A stretch of DNA of 64,000 bases from contig NC_043009.1 in assembly GCF_006345805.1 (NCBI RefSeq), forward strand, positions 65,596,001-65,660,000, read 5' to 3'. The notes below the pieces were generated by a model. The model was given only the letters and a program-made list of their open reading frames with translations. It ran no database searches and was not told the origin of the DNA. Origin of the DNA: Octopus sinensis. Taxonomy: Eukaryota. Shown piece after piece: positions 1 through 14,000 of the stretch (the first letter of the stretch is position 1; the number at the start of each line of letters is the position of its first letter). A program made the position numbers and the translations under genes.

Positions 1-324
1 AAATTAACTTTATACACGTTAAGTTCGTTTTTGTATGTCATGTGAGAACTCATACGGTGTAATGTGATGAATATATAGGAAATACATGTTGTTGCATTAT
101 GTCCAGCTGACGAGCTTAAGTATATTTTTCATACAGAAAGCTAAATCAATTAATCCCGGAATTTACGCATTCCTTACTTCTGTAGTTCATACACGGTAAG
201 CCTATTTCTATTATGTTTGTTGCATTCACCGTGTGTATTTTAATTGTGAGTAATTTGTGGTTTTAGAGAGCGATAGGTATGTTTATAGCAAGTGGTATTT
301 TAATACCCTACTGAATTCTGTATA

Positions 325-721
325 TCTCTCTCTATATATATGAAGCTGAGGTTGTCTGTGGATGGCAGGTTTGGTAGCCTTCAACTAACATTATCTACTC
401 CGAGGCTCTGCTGCGCAAGTTGACCAAAATTGAGAGTATGATAAAAGAAGGCTTGCTCTTCCTTCCGTAGAAGAAAAAATTCAAATCGCACTATGTTAAC
501 ACCAAAAGTTATTTACATCAAAACTGTGCTTTTTTTCTTTGAAAATCCCTATTTTTTTACGATTTTTTTACTACTGTGTCGCTACTTTTCGGTGTATTTC
601 AATCAGAAAAATGTTCACTTAAAGAGAATAACAAGCTACATAATGCAAAATTTTTACTTTTCAAAAATTCCAATTCTAAAGGGTCGAAACAAACCCGAGC
701 AACGCTGGGCGTTACTACTAG
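325..721 (+). mobile_element. Non-autonomous Helitron-like element
   Basis: Starts A|TC before TCTATATATATGAAGCTGAGG. Ends with a GC-rich hairpin-like CCCGAGCAACGCTGGG (694-709) followed by CTAG|T (718-722). TC...hairpin-CTAG inserted in an AT site is the Helitron end signature. Confidence 0.62.
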
Positions 722-732
722 TATATATATAT

Positions 733-769
<37 letters not shown>

Positions 770-1358
770 GATTAATAAAAGAAAATTGAGAAGAAATATC
801 ACGGTGTAAAAAAGTAATACATGTAATATTTGAGATTTACAGGAACAGAAATTAACAAAAGAAATAAACATAAAAGAATCTTACACATGTTTCCATCCGG
901 CCATTAGGTTTCGATTATCACCATTGAAGCGATGTTAGATGTAAAATAACCCTACATTATGACCGGATATCATTGGTGTTGAGCAACGAAATAACTAAGA
1001 GAGGACCGTATTTTCAAATATTCAAAAAACGCAAACAATAATTCATTAGGACGCAGAGGTCGTGGGGGGAGAGATTATCGAATGAAATCTTGCTAAAATA
1101 CTATAATGTATTTAAAAAATAGACTTACAAATGTTGATAATAAAGTAGTCGTATAGTTAGAATAAGGGCTCTTAAGGGTATTGAAGACAAATCGAAAGAT
1201 GAAATAGATTTTTGAGTGGGAAAAATAATCATAAATGATTTGAGAGATAAACGAGAAAAATAATTAGATATTATATACTAAAATAACTATTCATTATTTA
1301 GCATTTCAGTATACTAACGTATATATGTGTATATCTATCTATGCGTGTGTGTGTCGTT

Positions 1359-1565
1359 GTGTCTGTGTTTGTCCACCCCACCTCATCACTTGATGATCCG
1401 CATTGCTGTTTGCATCTCCGTAACTTAGCGGTTCCACGAATGTGACAGATAGAATAAGTACCAGGCTTAAAAACTGTCCAGGGGTCGATACATTCGACCA
1501 AAAGGTCAAGGCGGTGCTTCAGCATGGCCGTAGTCTAATGACTGTAACAAATAAAAGAACAGAAT
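1359..1565 (+). mobile_element. SINE group A, diverged 3' half
   Basis: Matches the 3' part of the full copies (TAACTTAGCGGTTC...ATAAGTAC...GGGGTCGAT...GGCGGTGCTTCAGCATGGCCG). Confidence 0.7.
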
Positions 1566-1688
1566 TAGTGCAACACCCTAACCACGCCCTTCGACACACG
1601 CTCATACATGCACACACAAACACATGCACACACAAACACACACATACATATAGGGGAAGTGTGGTATATGTATACGTGAGTGTGTGCG

Positions 1689-1757
<69 letters not shown>

Positions 1758-2220
1758 AAAAAGAGAGGAAACAAAGAAATAGAGGAGAGAGAAGGAAGGA
1801 AAAAAGGGTACAGATATTTTGGATTCACCTGAGATTCGAAATTGTGTTAGAGTTTTCAGCTGACCCGGAGGATTTGCCATTGTTGTGCAGTGCTTATGTG
1901 GCACAATTTTATGCATTTGTTGCAGCCTCGTGTCAACTAATTAGGGTTTCATGCAAAAGTGCTCTTTTATAAACGCATAGGTAGTTGCACACACACACAC
2001 ACACACACGTCCACAAGTATATGTAACGACACACGCATCTGGGTATTCGGTATTCGATCACCCATAAATATGATTATAATGACATATGCATGTGTTCTAA
2101 AGTGGACATATATATACATACATCCACGAACACACACACACACACACACACCACACACACACACACACACATATATACATACACACTCACATATACATGC
2201 ATACATATACACACCTATTT

Positions 2221-2293
2221 TTTATATTTTTTTATCTTTTTATATTTTATCTAGTTTCAGCTCACGAGCTGTGGCCATGCTGGGGCACCGCCT
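2221..2293 (-). mobile_element. SINE A-related 3' tail fragment
   Basis: Reverse complement reads AGGCGGTGCCCCAGCATGGCCACAGC...GAAACTAGATAAAA. Confidence 0.55.
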
Positions 2294-3039
2294 ATATCTA
2301 TGCATATGCACATACATATACATACATAGATATGTGTGTGTGTGAGTGTGTGTGTGTGTGTGTGTGTGAGTGCTGTGGCTAAGTCACACACATATAATTG
2401 ATACTCATATACAGATTGACGCATAAACACACATGTCCAGACACACGTCCACACACACGTCCACACGGACACAGGTATGATTAGGCTTTAGTTTATATTG
2501 ATTTATTTTTCAGAAGGATTTTATGTTCTATATTCTTTTTATACCATTTATTGTTATTATCCCCCCCCCCACTCCCCACCCCTTTTTTTTTTTTTTTTAC
2601 TTTGTTTCGTTTTTCGTTGCTTTTGGCAACGTAAACACGCTTTTTTAACCTCGGATCATTCATTATCTGAGATTTCTTGATAATTTATTCATGTAAATTT
2701 GCCTATTTTCTTAAAATATAATGACGTCGAATATGTTCTGTTTAATAATAAGAGCATATACAAAGCTATTTTGCACTTACACATTCGACACAAAACCAAA
2801 CTCTCACACACACACACTCATATATTTACATTTATATATTTTTCTAATGTATTTCATATTTGATATTTGGTATTTATTGTTTATTTTGTGAATTTTTTAT
2901 GTCTGCCTTTTTCTTTAATTCTTTCCTTTTTTCTCCTTCTTTTCTTTCTTTGTTTTCTATTTCTATTTGTTCCATTTATGATTTTGTGGTTAGGTTTGTT
3001 TCCTAACTAGAAAAAAAATTTATGTCTGTGTGTACATGC

Positions 3040-3475
<436 letters not shown>

Positions 3476-3661
3476 GTCTATCAAGCAATCTATCTATCAA
3501 TTTATCCTCATACACAGGTCTGTGTGTGTGTGTGTGTCTGTGTGTGTGTATGTATGTGTGGAACCATTTATACTTAAAAAGTCCTTTAGTCATGTCGGTT
3601 TGTACAGACACGATTCCCTAATACACTGAAACGTATAGGCAACGGGTCTTATAATTTTTCA

Positions 3662-3960
3662 ATAACTATCTTAAACCAACTAGGTGAGTCATGTCATAGG
3701 ATATTCAACTTTCTCGATGCCACTTTGAACCTAACTAACTCACAGTTCTCTCATTACAGAAAATCAAACTACAAGCATTTACTCTCAAACCACCTACATA
3801 GATTTTTTGATCCTTCTCTTTAAGTAGTTCTTGACGCTTTTCCAGCCTCTTTTCCAACAAATCTGCATTAACAAACTAGCTAATTTCTATAATGTTGCAT
3901 TAGCATAAGCTGTAATCTCCATAAAATCACCTAAAATGATAGCTTACAGCCCACCACTTA
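3662..3960 (+). mobile_element. Decayed Penelope-like RT C-terminal fragment
   Basis: Translates to ITI...IFNFLDATLNLTNSQFSHYRKSN...SNH, resembling the PLE RT motif NFLDVTLNL...PYRKPN...SNHP. Stops occur downstream. Confidence 0.5.
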
Positions 3961-4145
3961 AAGACATTACAGTTCTATTTAAAAATATTTTTAGTAAAAC
4001 ACTTACCGTTGTAGCTAAAATATTTTCCAGCCTCTTGCTACGATTTCTAAACCTGATCAATTGTAGTAATTTTTCATCAAGCTGTCATTCATAAACTTGC
4101 AGTTCTCCATACATATTTCTCAAATATTATTTACTTTGCTACTTT

Positions 4146-4367
4146 AAGGCGGTGAGCTGGCAGAATCGTTATCACGCCGAACGAACTGCTTAGTGATATT
4201 TCGCCCGTCGCTACGTTCCGAGTTTAAATTCCGCCGAGGTCGACTTTGCCTTTCATGCTTCCGGGGTCGATAAATTAAGTACCAGTGAAATACTGGGGTC
4301 GATGAAATCGACTAGTCCTCTCCCCCAAAAAATTTGAGGCCTTATGCCTCCAGTAGAAATGATTATT
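4146..4367 (+). mobile_element. SINE group B (tRNA-like head plus GCCTTTCAT..GGGGTCGATAAATTAAGTACCAG central domain)
   Basis: AGGCGGTGAGCTGGCAGAATCGTT head, degenerate B box (GAGTTTAAATTCC), central domain resembling the Meta-type SINE domain. Many copies in the window. Confidence 0.85.
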
Positions 4368-5467
4368 TACTCTGCTACCATAAAAATGAATACACTTCAG
4401 TGAAATCTGAAACACGTTGCAATCATATAAAAATCAACGTCTTTCGAAGCAGCAAAAATAATAGTGAAAACTAGATTAATAAGCGAAGGAAAATACGAGA
4501 AACACCCAGACACATAGACACACACACACACACACACACACAGATATATACTCCTTCATCATGTGTTGATTGAAGTTCAGCGGTTTCGGTGCAAAAACAC
4601 GGCTTCTATCTTCAAAGTGCCAAAAGAATTTTAAAGAACTAAGCGAAGACGATAGAAGACACCAAGTGTACAAGAATATACGAAAAAGTACGAAACAAAT
4701 TACGGACAACAGTTATTAAGACATTTTCAGCACAAGAAACTGAGTGAGAAATGTTTATTCTTTCTCTTTTGCTGAGACAACTCTTTGGGAAGAATCACTG
4801 GCTTAAAATAAAATAAACAAATCGAGAGTGTGCACAAATGTAAACGCAATGCAACTCTGAAAAATTATAATTAAAATTCGAAAGTTGGTTCTTCAATAAA
4901 AGGATACGAGGAAACAGGAAGGAATGAATAGAATAAATAGAGGTAGGTTGGAGGCAAAAGCTACAGAACGTGTGTGGAAATTTGGATTATGAGAAAAAAA
5001 TGTATTGTGAGTGAGAAGAAATATCAGAGAAGGTAAGGAGAGGAGAAACCAGAGTGGGAGAGAAAGAGGCAGACAGAGGGATAGAGAGAGAAATAGAGAA
5101 GAATTTTGTTCTGTAGGTGTGCCATGGAATCTAGCTTGTTCTTTTCACCATTCTCTACAAGCTTTGAAATGTCTATCATCCTTCAGACATGGAAAATATT
5201 TGCTTCACATTACAATTAAAGTAAATTTAATTATAATTAAAAAGCCTACCCAAGCCGAAATACAAATATTGGGATGATGATCATCGTCATTTCTTCATTA
5301 ATCATTAAGGGCAAGAGCAGCACGATGAGCAAGAACGGAAGACGATGCGATTCGATAGGATTCGGGGTCACATGAAAGCCTATCAAGAGTAAAATAACAG
5401 AAACAAAGAAACAAAATAATGCAAACAAAAAAATATATATGTATATATAAATATGTATATATATATA

Positions 5468-5519
<52 letters not shown>

Positions 5520-5647
5520 ATATATATATATGTATATATACTTATATATATATATATATTATATATATATATATATATTATAATATATATATATATGTAT
5601 ATATATTATATATATATTATAATATATATATATATAATATATATGTA

Positions 5648-5699
<52 letters not shown>

Positions 5700-5910
5700 G
5701 CCATGATAGATCGTTAGCTCCTACACGCATTTTTTCCCTCCTGGTTTCTCTCCTTGATTTTTTCTGTGTATATCTTTCTGTCGAAGAGCGTAGGTTCGAA
5801 ACGTAAAAGACTTTTTCTATTTCTATTACTGAGCGCTATACTACTGCAATTGTTTGTTTGTACTCCACCTGCCTTCGTCTTTTGTTTATTTTCGTAAACC
5901 CTCCCGTTAT
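5700..5910 (+). mobile_element. Penelope-like terminal repeat (family 1 relative) in (TA)n context
   Basis: Contains GAAGAGCGTAGGTTCGAAACGTAAAAG and downstream CTGAGCG, as in the copies at 22139 and 22814. Confidence 0.5.
5774..5809 (+). ncRNA. Minimal hammerhead-like motif, non-canonical at core position 6
   Basis: CTTT-CTGTCGA-A-GAGC(GTAG)GTTC-GAAA-CG-TA-AAAG. Stem I CTTT/AAAG, palindromic ACGT in place of stem III. Core is CTGTCGA rather than CTGANGA. Confidence 0.35.
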
Positions 5911-5920
5911 ATATGTAAAT

Positions 5921-6037
5921 ATATATAAACGACAGGCTTCTTTCAGTTTCCACCTACCAAATCCACTCACAAGGTTTTGGTTGACCCGAGGCTATTCTAG
6001 AAGACACTTGCCCAAATTGCTATGCAGTGGGACTGAA
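5921..6037 (-). mobile_element. SINE group A, internal fragment
   Basis: Reverse complement of the TTCAGTCCCACTGC...GGGCAAGTGTCTTC...GAAAGAAGCCTGTCG segment. Confidence 0.85.
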
Positions 6038-6089
6038 TATAGCCATTTCTGCACCTCATAATACATCTGTTTTGATATATATAGATATA

Positions 6090-6487
6090 GGCGCAGGAGT
6101 GGCTGTGTGGTAAGTAGCTTGTTTACCAACCACAGGGTTCCGGGTTCAGTCCCACTGCATGGCACGTGTCTTCTATTATAGCCTCGGGCCGACCAAAGCC
6201 TTGTAAGTGGATTTGGTAGACGGAAACTGAAAGAAGCCCGTCGTATATATGTATATATATATAGCTGTGCGTGTATGTTTGTGTGTCTGTGTTTGTCCCC
6301 CAGCATTGCTTGACAAACGATGTGTTTATGTCCCCGTCACCTAGCGGTTCGGCAAAAGAGACCGATAGAATAAGTATTGGGCTTACAAAGAATAAGTCCC
6401 GGGGTCGAGTTGCTCGATTAAAGGTGGTGCTCCAGCATGGCCGCAGTCAAATGACTGAAACGAGTAAAAGAGTAAAGAGTAAAGAGT
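6090..6487 (+). mobile_element. SINE group A, full length (tRNA-like head, CORE-like domain)
   Basis: GGCGCAGGAGTGGCTGTGTGG (A box-like), GGTTCAGTCCC (B box-like), internal (TA)/(TG) tract, (TAAAGAG)n tail. Near-identical to 17184, 43530, 52051 and 57111. Confidence 0.9.
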
Positions 6488-7489
6488 ATATACACATGTG
6501 TGTATGCGTGTGTTTGTGTGTGTGCGTGTGTGTGTGTGAACTCAGAGTGAGAAAGAAAGAAAGAAAGAAAGAATGAAAGAAAGAAAGTAAGGAGGAGAGA
6601 TGCAGGATTTGGAGTAATGAGGAGACAAACGTATATATCTCTCTCTCTCTCGTACACACAATTAAATTGAACCGATGTTTAAAATATATTGATTACTAAT
6701 TAGACTACACACGCACGAATATGCATGCATGCATATATATATATGTATATATGTTTGTGTGTTTCTGTGTGTGTGTTTATGTATGTATGCATGTATGTAT
6801 ATGTATATGTGTGTGTGTATTACGCCTCTATGTACAATTTATTAGATGCCAACCAATTACTGTTTTTGAGTTATTCCATATAATTTGCTTTCTCCTTTTT
6901 TTTTTTTTTTGGTTTAACTTGAAGTTGCTGCTTACATATGACTTATAAGTAAAATTGCTTTTATTAATAATGCAATTTCAGAATTAAATATTGTTATTCA
7001 ATATTTAGAATTATAAATGTTTTGGTACTAATTTGTAATGTAAACACATCGATTTTTTTTTATAGAAATATATTGCCTTTGCTGCACACATAAACATATT
7101 CACAGAAATATACTTAAACGCAAACATATGTGTGTGCAAATTTATGTGTATACACACACAAATGTGGTTATATATATATATATTTGTATATGTGTGTGTG
7201 TGTGTATGCATACGTATATATACAAACAACACATATTTATAAATGTGTGCACAAATATGTGTGTGTGTATTTATGTCAATTAATATAGATAACATTCTCT
7301 GAGAAATAATTAAAATGAATAAAATATTTATTAATATTTTCATCAATATTTGTTTAAAATTAATTAGCAACTACTATCATTTTTCTGTTATTGTTGTTAT
7401 TATCGTCGTCGTCGTCGTCATCATCATCATCATCATCATTACTACTCGCTGTTGACTTGTTCGTGTGTGGTTTTAATATCACATTTGGT

Positions 7490-8020
7490 GACCCTGGCGT
7501 CTACAAATTTAAACTTCGTAAAGTATACTTTTAAATACATTTTCATGCAGAGAATTTGAACACTTCGGAATTTGTCGAAACAGGGTCTGAAATAAGAGAG
7601 AAACGCTTCTGGTGGAAACTTTACGATTATGTCTCTTCTTGTCTGCAGACGTGAAAATGATGTTGTAGCGGAAACTCTACAAATCCAAAATCTACGACGA
7701 GGAACACGATTTCTTTGGTAAACAGAGGGAAGAATGAAATGTTAGAGGCAAGTAGAGACACCGTATTTCGTTATGCAACCATAAAATACAAACGACTTAC
7801 AAGTCAATATTGTGTCTTACTGTGCTAGCAGTGGTATTTCTTTAGAAGTTATAACCAGCACAATAATTTCTATAGAAAATCTGTAGAGAAATTAAGCATA
7901 CGTATATCCTTAACAAGAAGAATGAAAGGGAAACTAATACCAATTTACTAAGATGTATATCTTGCTTCAGGGTCAAAAATATTGACTTTGGTTCGTCAAT
8001 AGTGTCATATTGAAAACAAG
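7490..8020 (+). pseudogene. Decayed Ser/Thr kinase (PIM/CAMK-like) subdomains IV-VII
   Basis: 7568-7648 reads EFVETGSEIREKRFWWKLYDYVSSCLQ. After a +1 shift, 7650-7717 reads RENDVVAETLQIQNLRRGTRFL. A GT..AG intron (7718-7970) joins in frame to W-VKNIDFGSSIVSY*. DFG is kept, HRD is lost, and there are frameshifts and a stop. Confidence 0.45.
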
Positions 8021-8044
8021 GTCAAGTGAAAGGCAAAAACTTGT

Positions 8045-11000
8045 CATGGGTGGTTCGCCAATCCAGATCGATAAAATGACTTAGCGTGTCACCAATCGAG
8101 TTCGATAAAATGACGTAGCGGTTCCCCAATGGAGTTCGATAAAATGATATAGCGGTTTGCCAATCGAGATCGATAAAATGACATATCGGTTCGCCAATCG
8201 AGATCGATAAAATGACTAAGCGGTTCGCCAATTAAGATCGATGAAATGACATAGCAGTTCGCTATCGAGATCGATAAAATAAAAGAACGGTTCGCCAATC
8301 GAGATGGATAAAATGACATAGCCGTTCGCCAATCGAGATCGATAAAATGACATAGCGGTTCGCCATTCGAGATCGATAAAAGGACATAGCGGTTCGCTAA
8401 TCGAGATCGATAAAAGGACATGGCGGGTCGCCAATCGAGAGCGATAAAATGACGTAGCGGTTCGCTAATCGAGATCGATAAAACGACATAGCGGTTCGCC
8501 AATCGAGATCGATAAAATGACATAGCGGTTCGTCAATCGGTTTCGATAAAATGACATAGCGGTTCGCCAATCAAGATCGACAAAATAACATATCGGTTCG
8601 CGAATCGAGATCAATAGAATGACATATCGGCTCGCCAATCGAGATCGATAAAATGACTTAGCGGTTCGCCAATCGAGATAGATAAAATGACATAGCGGTT
8701 CGCCATTCGAGATCGATAAACGGACATAGCGGTTCGCCAATCGAGATCGAAAAAATTACGTAGCGGTTCGCTAATCAAGATCTATAAAATGACATAGCGG
8801 GTCGCCAATCGAGAGCGATAAAATGACATATCGGTTCGCCAACGAGATCGATAAAAGGACAGCGGTTCGTCAATCGAGATCGATAAAATGACTTAGCGGT
8901 TCGCTAATCGAAATCGATAAAAGGACATATCGGCTCGCCAATCGAGATCGATAAAATGACTTAGCGGTTCGCCAATCGAGATAGATAAAATGACATAGCG
9001 GTTCGCCATTCGAGATCGATAAACGGACATAGCGGTTCGCCAATCGAGATCGAAAAAATTACGTAGCGGTTCGCTAATCAAGATCTATAAAATGACATAG
9101 CGGGTCGCCAATCGAGAGCGATAAAATGACATATCGGTTCGCCAACGAGATCGATAAAAGGACAGCGGTTCGTCAATCGAGAACGATAAAATGACTTAGC
9201 GGTTCGCTAATCGAAATCGATAAAAGGACATATCGGTTCGCCAATCAAGATCGATAAATGACTTAGCGGTTTGCCAATCAAGATCGATGAAAATACATAT
9301 CGGTTCGCCAATCGAGATCGATAAAAGGACATAGTGGTTCGCCAATCGAGATCGATAAAAGGACATAGCGGTTAACCAATGGGGATCGATAAAATGACAT
9401 AGCGGTTTGCCAATCGAGATCGATAAAATGACGTAGCGGTTCGCTAATCGAGATCGATAAAATGACATAGCGGTCCGCCAATCGAGATGGATAAAAGGAA
9501 ATAACGGTTCGCCAATCGAGATGGATAAAATGACATAACGATTCGCCAATCAAGATCAATAAAATGACTTAGTGGTTCTCCAATCGAGATCGATAAAATG
9601 ACATAGCGGTTCGCCAATCGAGATGGATAAAATGACATAGCGATTCGCCAATCAAGATCGATAAAATTACGTAGCGGTTCGCCATTCAAGATCGATAAAA
9701 TGACATAGCGGTTAGCCAATCGAGATGGATGAAATGACATAGTGGTTCGTCAATCGAGATCGATAAAAGGACATATCGGTTCGTCAATCGAGATCGATAA
9801 ATGACTTAGCGGTTCGCCAATCAAGATCGATGAAAATACATAGCGGTTCGCCAATTGAGATCGATAAAAGGACATAGTGGTTCGCCAATCGAGATCGATA
9901 AAAGGACATAGCGGTTAATCAAAGGAGATCAATAAAATGACATAGCGGTTCGCCAATCGATATCGATAAAATGACGTAGCGGTTCGCTAATCGAGATCGA
10001 TAAAACGGCGTAGCGGTTCGCCAATGGAGATCGATAAAAGGACATAGCGGTTCGCAAATCGAGATCGATAAAACGACATAGCGGTTCGCCAATGGAGATC
10101 GATAAAATGACATAGCGGTTCGCTTATCGAGATCGACAAAATGACATAGCGGGTCGCCAATCGAGATCGATAAAATGACATAGCGGTTCGCCAATCAAGA
10201 TCGATGAAAATACATATCGGTTCGCGAATCGATATCGATAAAATGACATAGCGGTTCGCCATTCGAGATCGATAAAAGGACATAGCGGTTCGCCAATCGA
10301 GATCGATAAAAGGACATAGCGGTTCGCTAATCGAGATCGATAAAAGGACATGGCGGGTCGCCAATCGAGAGCGATAAAATGACGTAGCGGTTCGCTAATC
10401 GAGATCGATAAAACGACATAGCGGTTCGCCAATCGAGATCGATAAAATGACATAGCGGTTCGTCAATCGGTTTCGATAAAATGACATAGCGGTTCGCCAA
10501 TCAAGATCGACAAAATAACATATCGGTTCGCGAATCGAGATCAATAGAATGACATATCGGCTCGCCAATCGAGATCGATAAATGACTTAGCGGTTCGCCA
10601 ATCGAGATAGATAAAATGACATAGCGGTTCGCCATTCGAGATCGATAAACGGACATAGCGGTTCGCCAATCGAGATCGAAAAAATTACGTAGCGGTTCGC
10701 TAATCAAGATCTATAAAATGACATAGCGGGTCGCCAATCGAGAGCGATAAAATGACATATCGGTTCGCCAACGAGATCGATAAAAGGACAGCGGTTCGTC
10801 AATCGAGATCGATAAAATGACTTAGCGGTTCGCTAATCGAAATCGATAAAAGGACATATCGGCTCGCCAATCGAGATCGATAAAATGACTTAGCGGTTCG
10901 CCAATCGAGATAGATAAAATGACATAGCGGTTCGCCATTCGAGATCGATAAACGGACATAGCGGTTCGCCAATCGAGATCGAAAAAATTACGTAGCGGTT

Positions 11001-14000
11001 CGCTAATCAAGATCTATAAAATGACATAGCGGGTCGCCAATCGAGAGCGATAAAATGACATATCGGTTCGCCAACGAGATCGATAAAAGGACAGCGGTTC
11101 GTCAATCGAGATCGATAAATGACTTAGCGGTTCGCTAATCGAGATCGATAAAAGGACATATCGGTTCGCCAATCAAGATCGATAAATGACTTAGCGGTTT
11201 GCCAATCAAGATCGATGAAAATACATATCGGTTCGCCAATCGAGATCGATAAAAGGACATAGTGGTTCGCCATCGAGATCGATAAAAGGACATAGCGTTA
11301 ACCAATGGGGATCGATAAAATGACATAGCGGTTTGCCAATCGAGATCGATAAAATGACGTAGCGGTTCGCTAATCGAGATCGATAAAATGACATAGCGGT
11401 CCGCCAATCGAGATGGATAAAAGGAAATAACGGTTCGCCAATCGAGATGGATAAAATGACATAACGATTCGCCAATCAAGATCAATAAAATGACTTAGTG
11501 GTTCTCCAATCGAGATCGATAAAATGACATAGCGGTTCGCCAATCGAGATGGATAAAATGACATAGCGATTCGCCAATCAAGATCGATAAAATTACGTAG
11601 CGGTTCGCCATTCAAGATCGATAAAATGACATAGCGGTTAGCCAATCGAGATGGATGAAATGACATAGTGGTTCGTCAATCGAGATCGATAAAAGGACAT
11701 ATCGGTTCGTCAATCGAGATCGATAAATGACTTAGCGGTTCGCCAATCAAGATCGATGAAAATACATAGCGGTTCGCCAATTGAGATCGATAAAAGGACA
11801 TAGTGGTTCGCCAATCGAGATCGATAAAAGGACATAGCGGTTAATCAAAGGAGATCAATAAAATGACATAGCGGTTCGCCAATCGATATCGATAAAATGA
11901 CGTAGCGGTTCGCTAATCGAGATCGATAAAATGACATAGTGGTTCAACAATCGAGATGGATAAAAGGACATAACGGTTCGTCAATCGAGATCAATAAAAT
12001 GACATAGCGGTTTGCTAATCGAGATCGATAAAATTACATATCGGTTCGCGAATCGATATCGATAAAATGACATATCGGTTCGCCAATCGATTTCGATAAA
12101 ATGACTTAGCGGTTCGCCAATTGAGATCGATAAAAGGACAGAGTGGTTCGCCAATCGAGATCAATAAAAGGACATAGCGGTTTGCCAATCGAGATCGATA
12201 AAATGACATAGCGGTTCGCAAATCGAGATCGATAAAAGGACATAGCGGTTCGCCAATGGAGATCGATAAAATGACATAGCGGTTCGCTTATCGAGATCGA
12301 CAAAAGGACATAGCGGGTCGCCAATCGAGATCGATAAAATGACATAGCGGTTCGTTAATCGTATCGATAAAATAGCATAGCGGTTCGATAATCGAGATCG
12401 ATAAAATGACATAGCGGTTCGCCATTCGAGATCGATAAAAGGACATAGCGGTTCGCCAATCGAGATCGATAAAAGGACATAGCGGTTCGCCAAACGAGAT
12501 CGATAAAATGACATAGCGGTTCGCCAATCGAGATCGATAAAATGACATAGCGGTTCGCCAATCGAGATAGATAAAATGACATAGCGGTTCGCCAAACGAG
12601 ATCGATAAAAGGACATAGCGGTTCGCCAATCGAGATCGAAAAAACATAGCGGTTCGCCAATCGAGGTCGATAAAATGACATAGCTTTTCGCCAATCGAGA
12701 ACGATAAAATGACATAGCGGTTCGCCAATCGAGATCGATAAAAGGACGTAGCGTTTCGCTAATCGAGATCGATAAAATGACATAGCGGTTCGCTAAACGA
12801 GATGGACGAAATGACATAGCGGTTCGCCAATCGTGATCGATGAAATGACATAGCGGTTCGTCAATCGGGATCGATAAAAGGACATTGCGTTTCGCCAATC
12901 GAGATCGATAAAATGACGTGTCGGTTCGCCATACGAGATCGATAAAACGACATAGCGGTTCGCCAATCGAGATCGAGAAAATGACGTATCGGTTCGCCAA
13001 TCGAGATCGATAAAACGACATAGCGGTTTGCCAATCGAGATCGATAAAATGACATAGCGGTTCGCCAATCGAGATCGATAAAGGACATAGCGGTTCGCCA
13101 ATCGAGATCGATAAAATGACAGCGGTTCGCAAATCGAGATCGATAAACGGACATAGCGGGTTGCCAATAGTGATCGATAAAATGACATAGCGGTTCGTTA
13201 ATCGTAATCGATAAAGTGACATAGCGGTTCGCTAATCGAGATCGATAAAATGACATAACGGTACGCCGATCGAGATCGATAAAAGGACATAGCGGTTCGC
13301 CAATCGAGATCGATAAAATGACGTAGCGGTTTGCCAATCGAGATCGATAAAAGGACATAGCGGTTCGCCAATCGAGATCGATAAAATGACATAGCGGTTC
13401 GTCAATCGAGATCGATAAAATGACATAGCGGTTTGCTAATCGAGATCGATAAATGGACATATTGGTTCGCCAATCGAGAACGATAAAATGACATAGCGGT
13501 TCGCCAATCGAGATCAATAAAAGGGTATAGCGTTTCGCCAATCGAGATCGATAAAATGACGTAGCGGTTTGCCAATCGAGATCGATAAAAGGACATAGCG
13601 GTTCGCCAATCGAGATCGATAAAATGTCTTAGCGGTTCGCTTATCGAGATCGACAAAATGACATAGCGGTTCGCCAATCGAGATCGATAAAATGACATAG
13701 CGGTTCGCCAATCGTATCGATAAAATAGCATAGCGGTTCGATAATCGAGATCGATAAAATGACATAGCGGTTCGCCATTCGAGATCGATAAAAGGACATA
13801 GCGGTTCGCCAATCGAGATCGATAAAAGGACGTAGCATTTCGCTATTCGATATCGATAAAATGACATAGCGGTTCGCTAAACGAGATTGACGAAATGACA
13901 TAGCGGTTCGCCAATCGTGATCGATGAAATGACATAGCGGTTCGTCAATCGGGATCGATAAAAGGACATTGCGTTTCGCCAATCGAGATCGATAAAATGA

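Noticed and set aside
9950-9975. DRE (TATCGATA) or BEAF (CGATA) insulator array
   Set aside because: The exact DRE occurs only in rare variants, and these factors are characterised in Drosophila. There is no evidence for them here.
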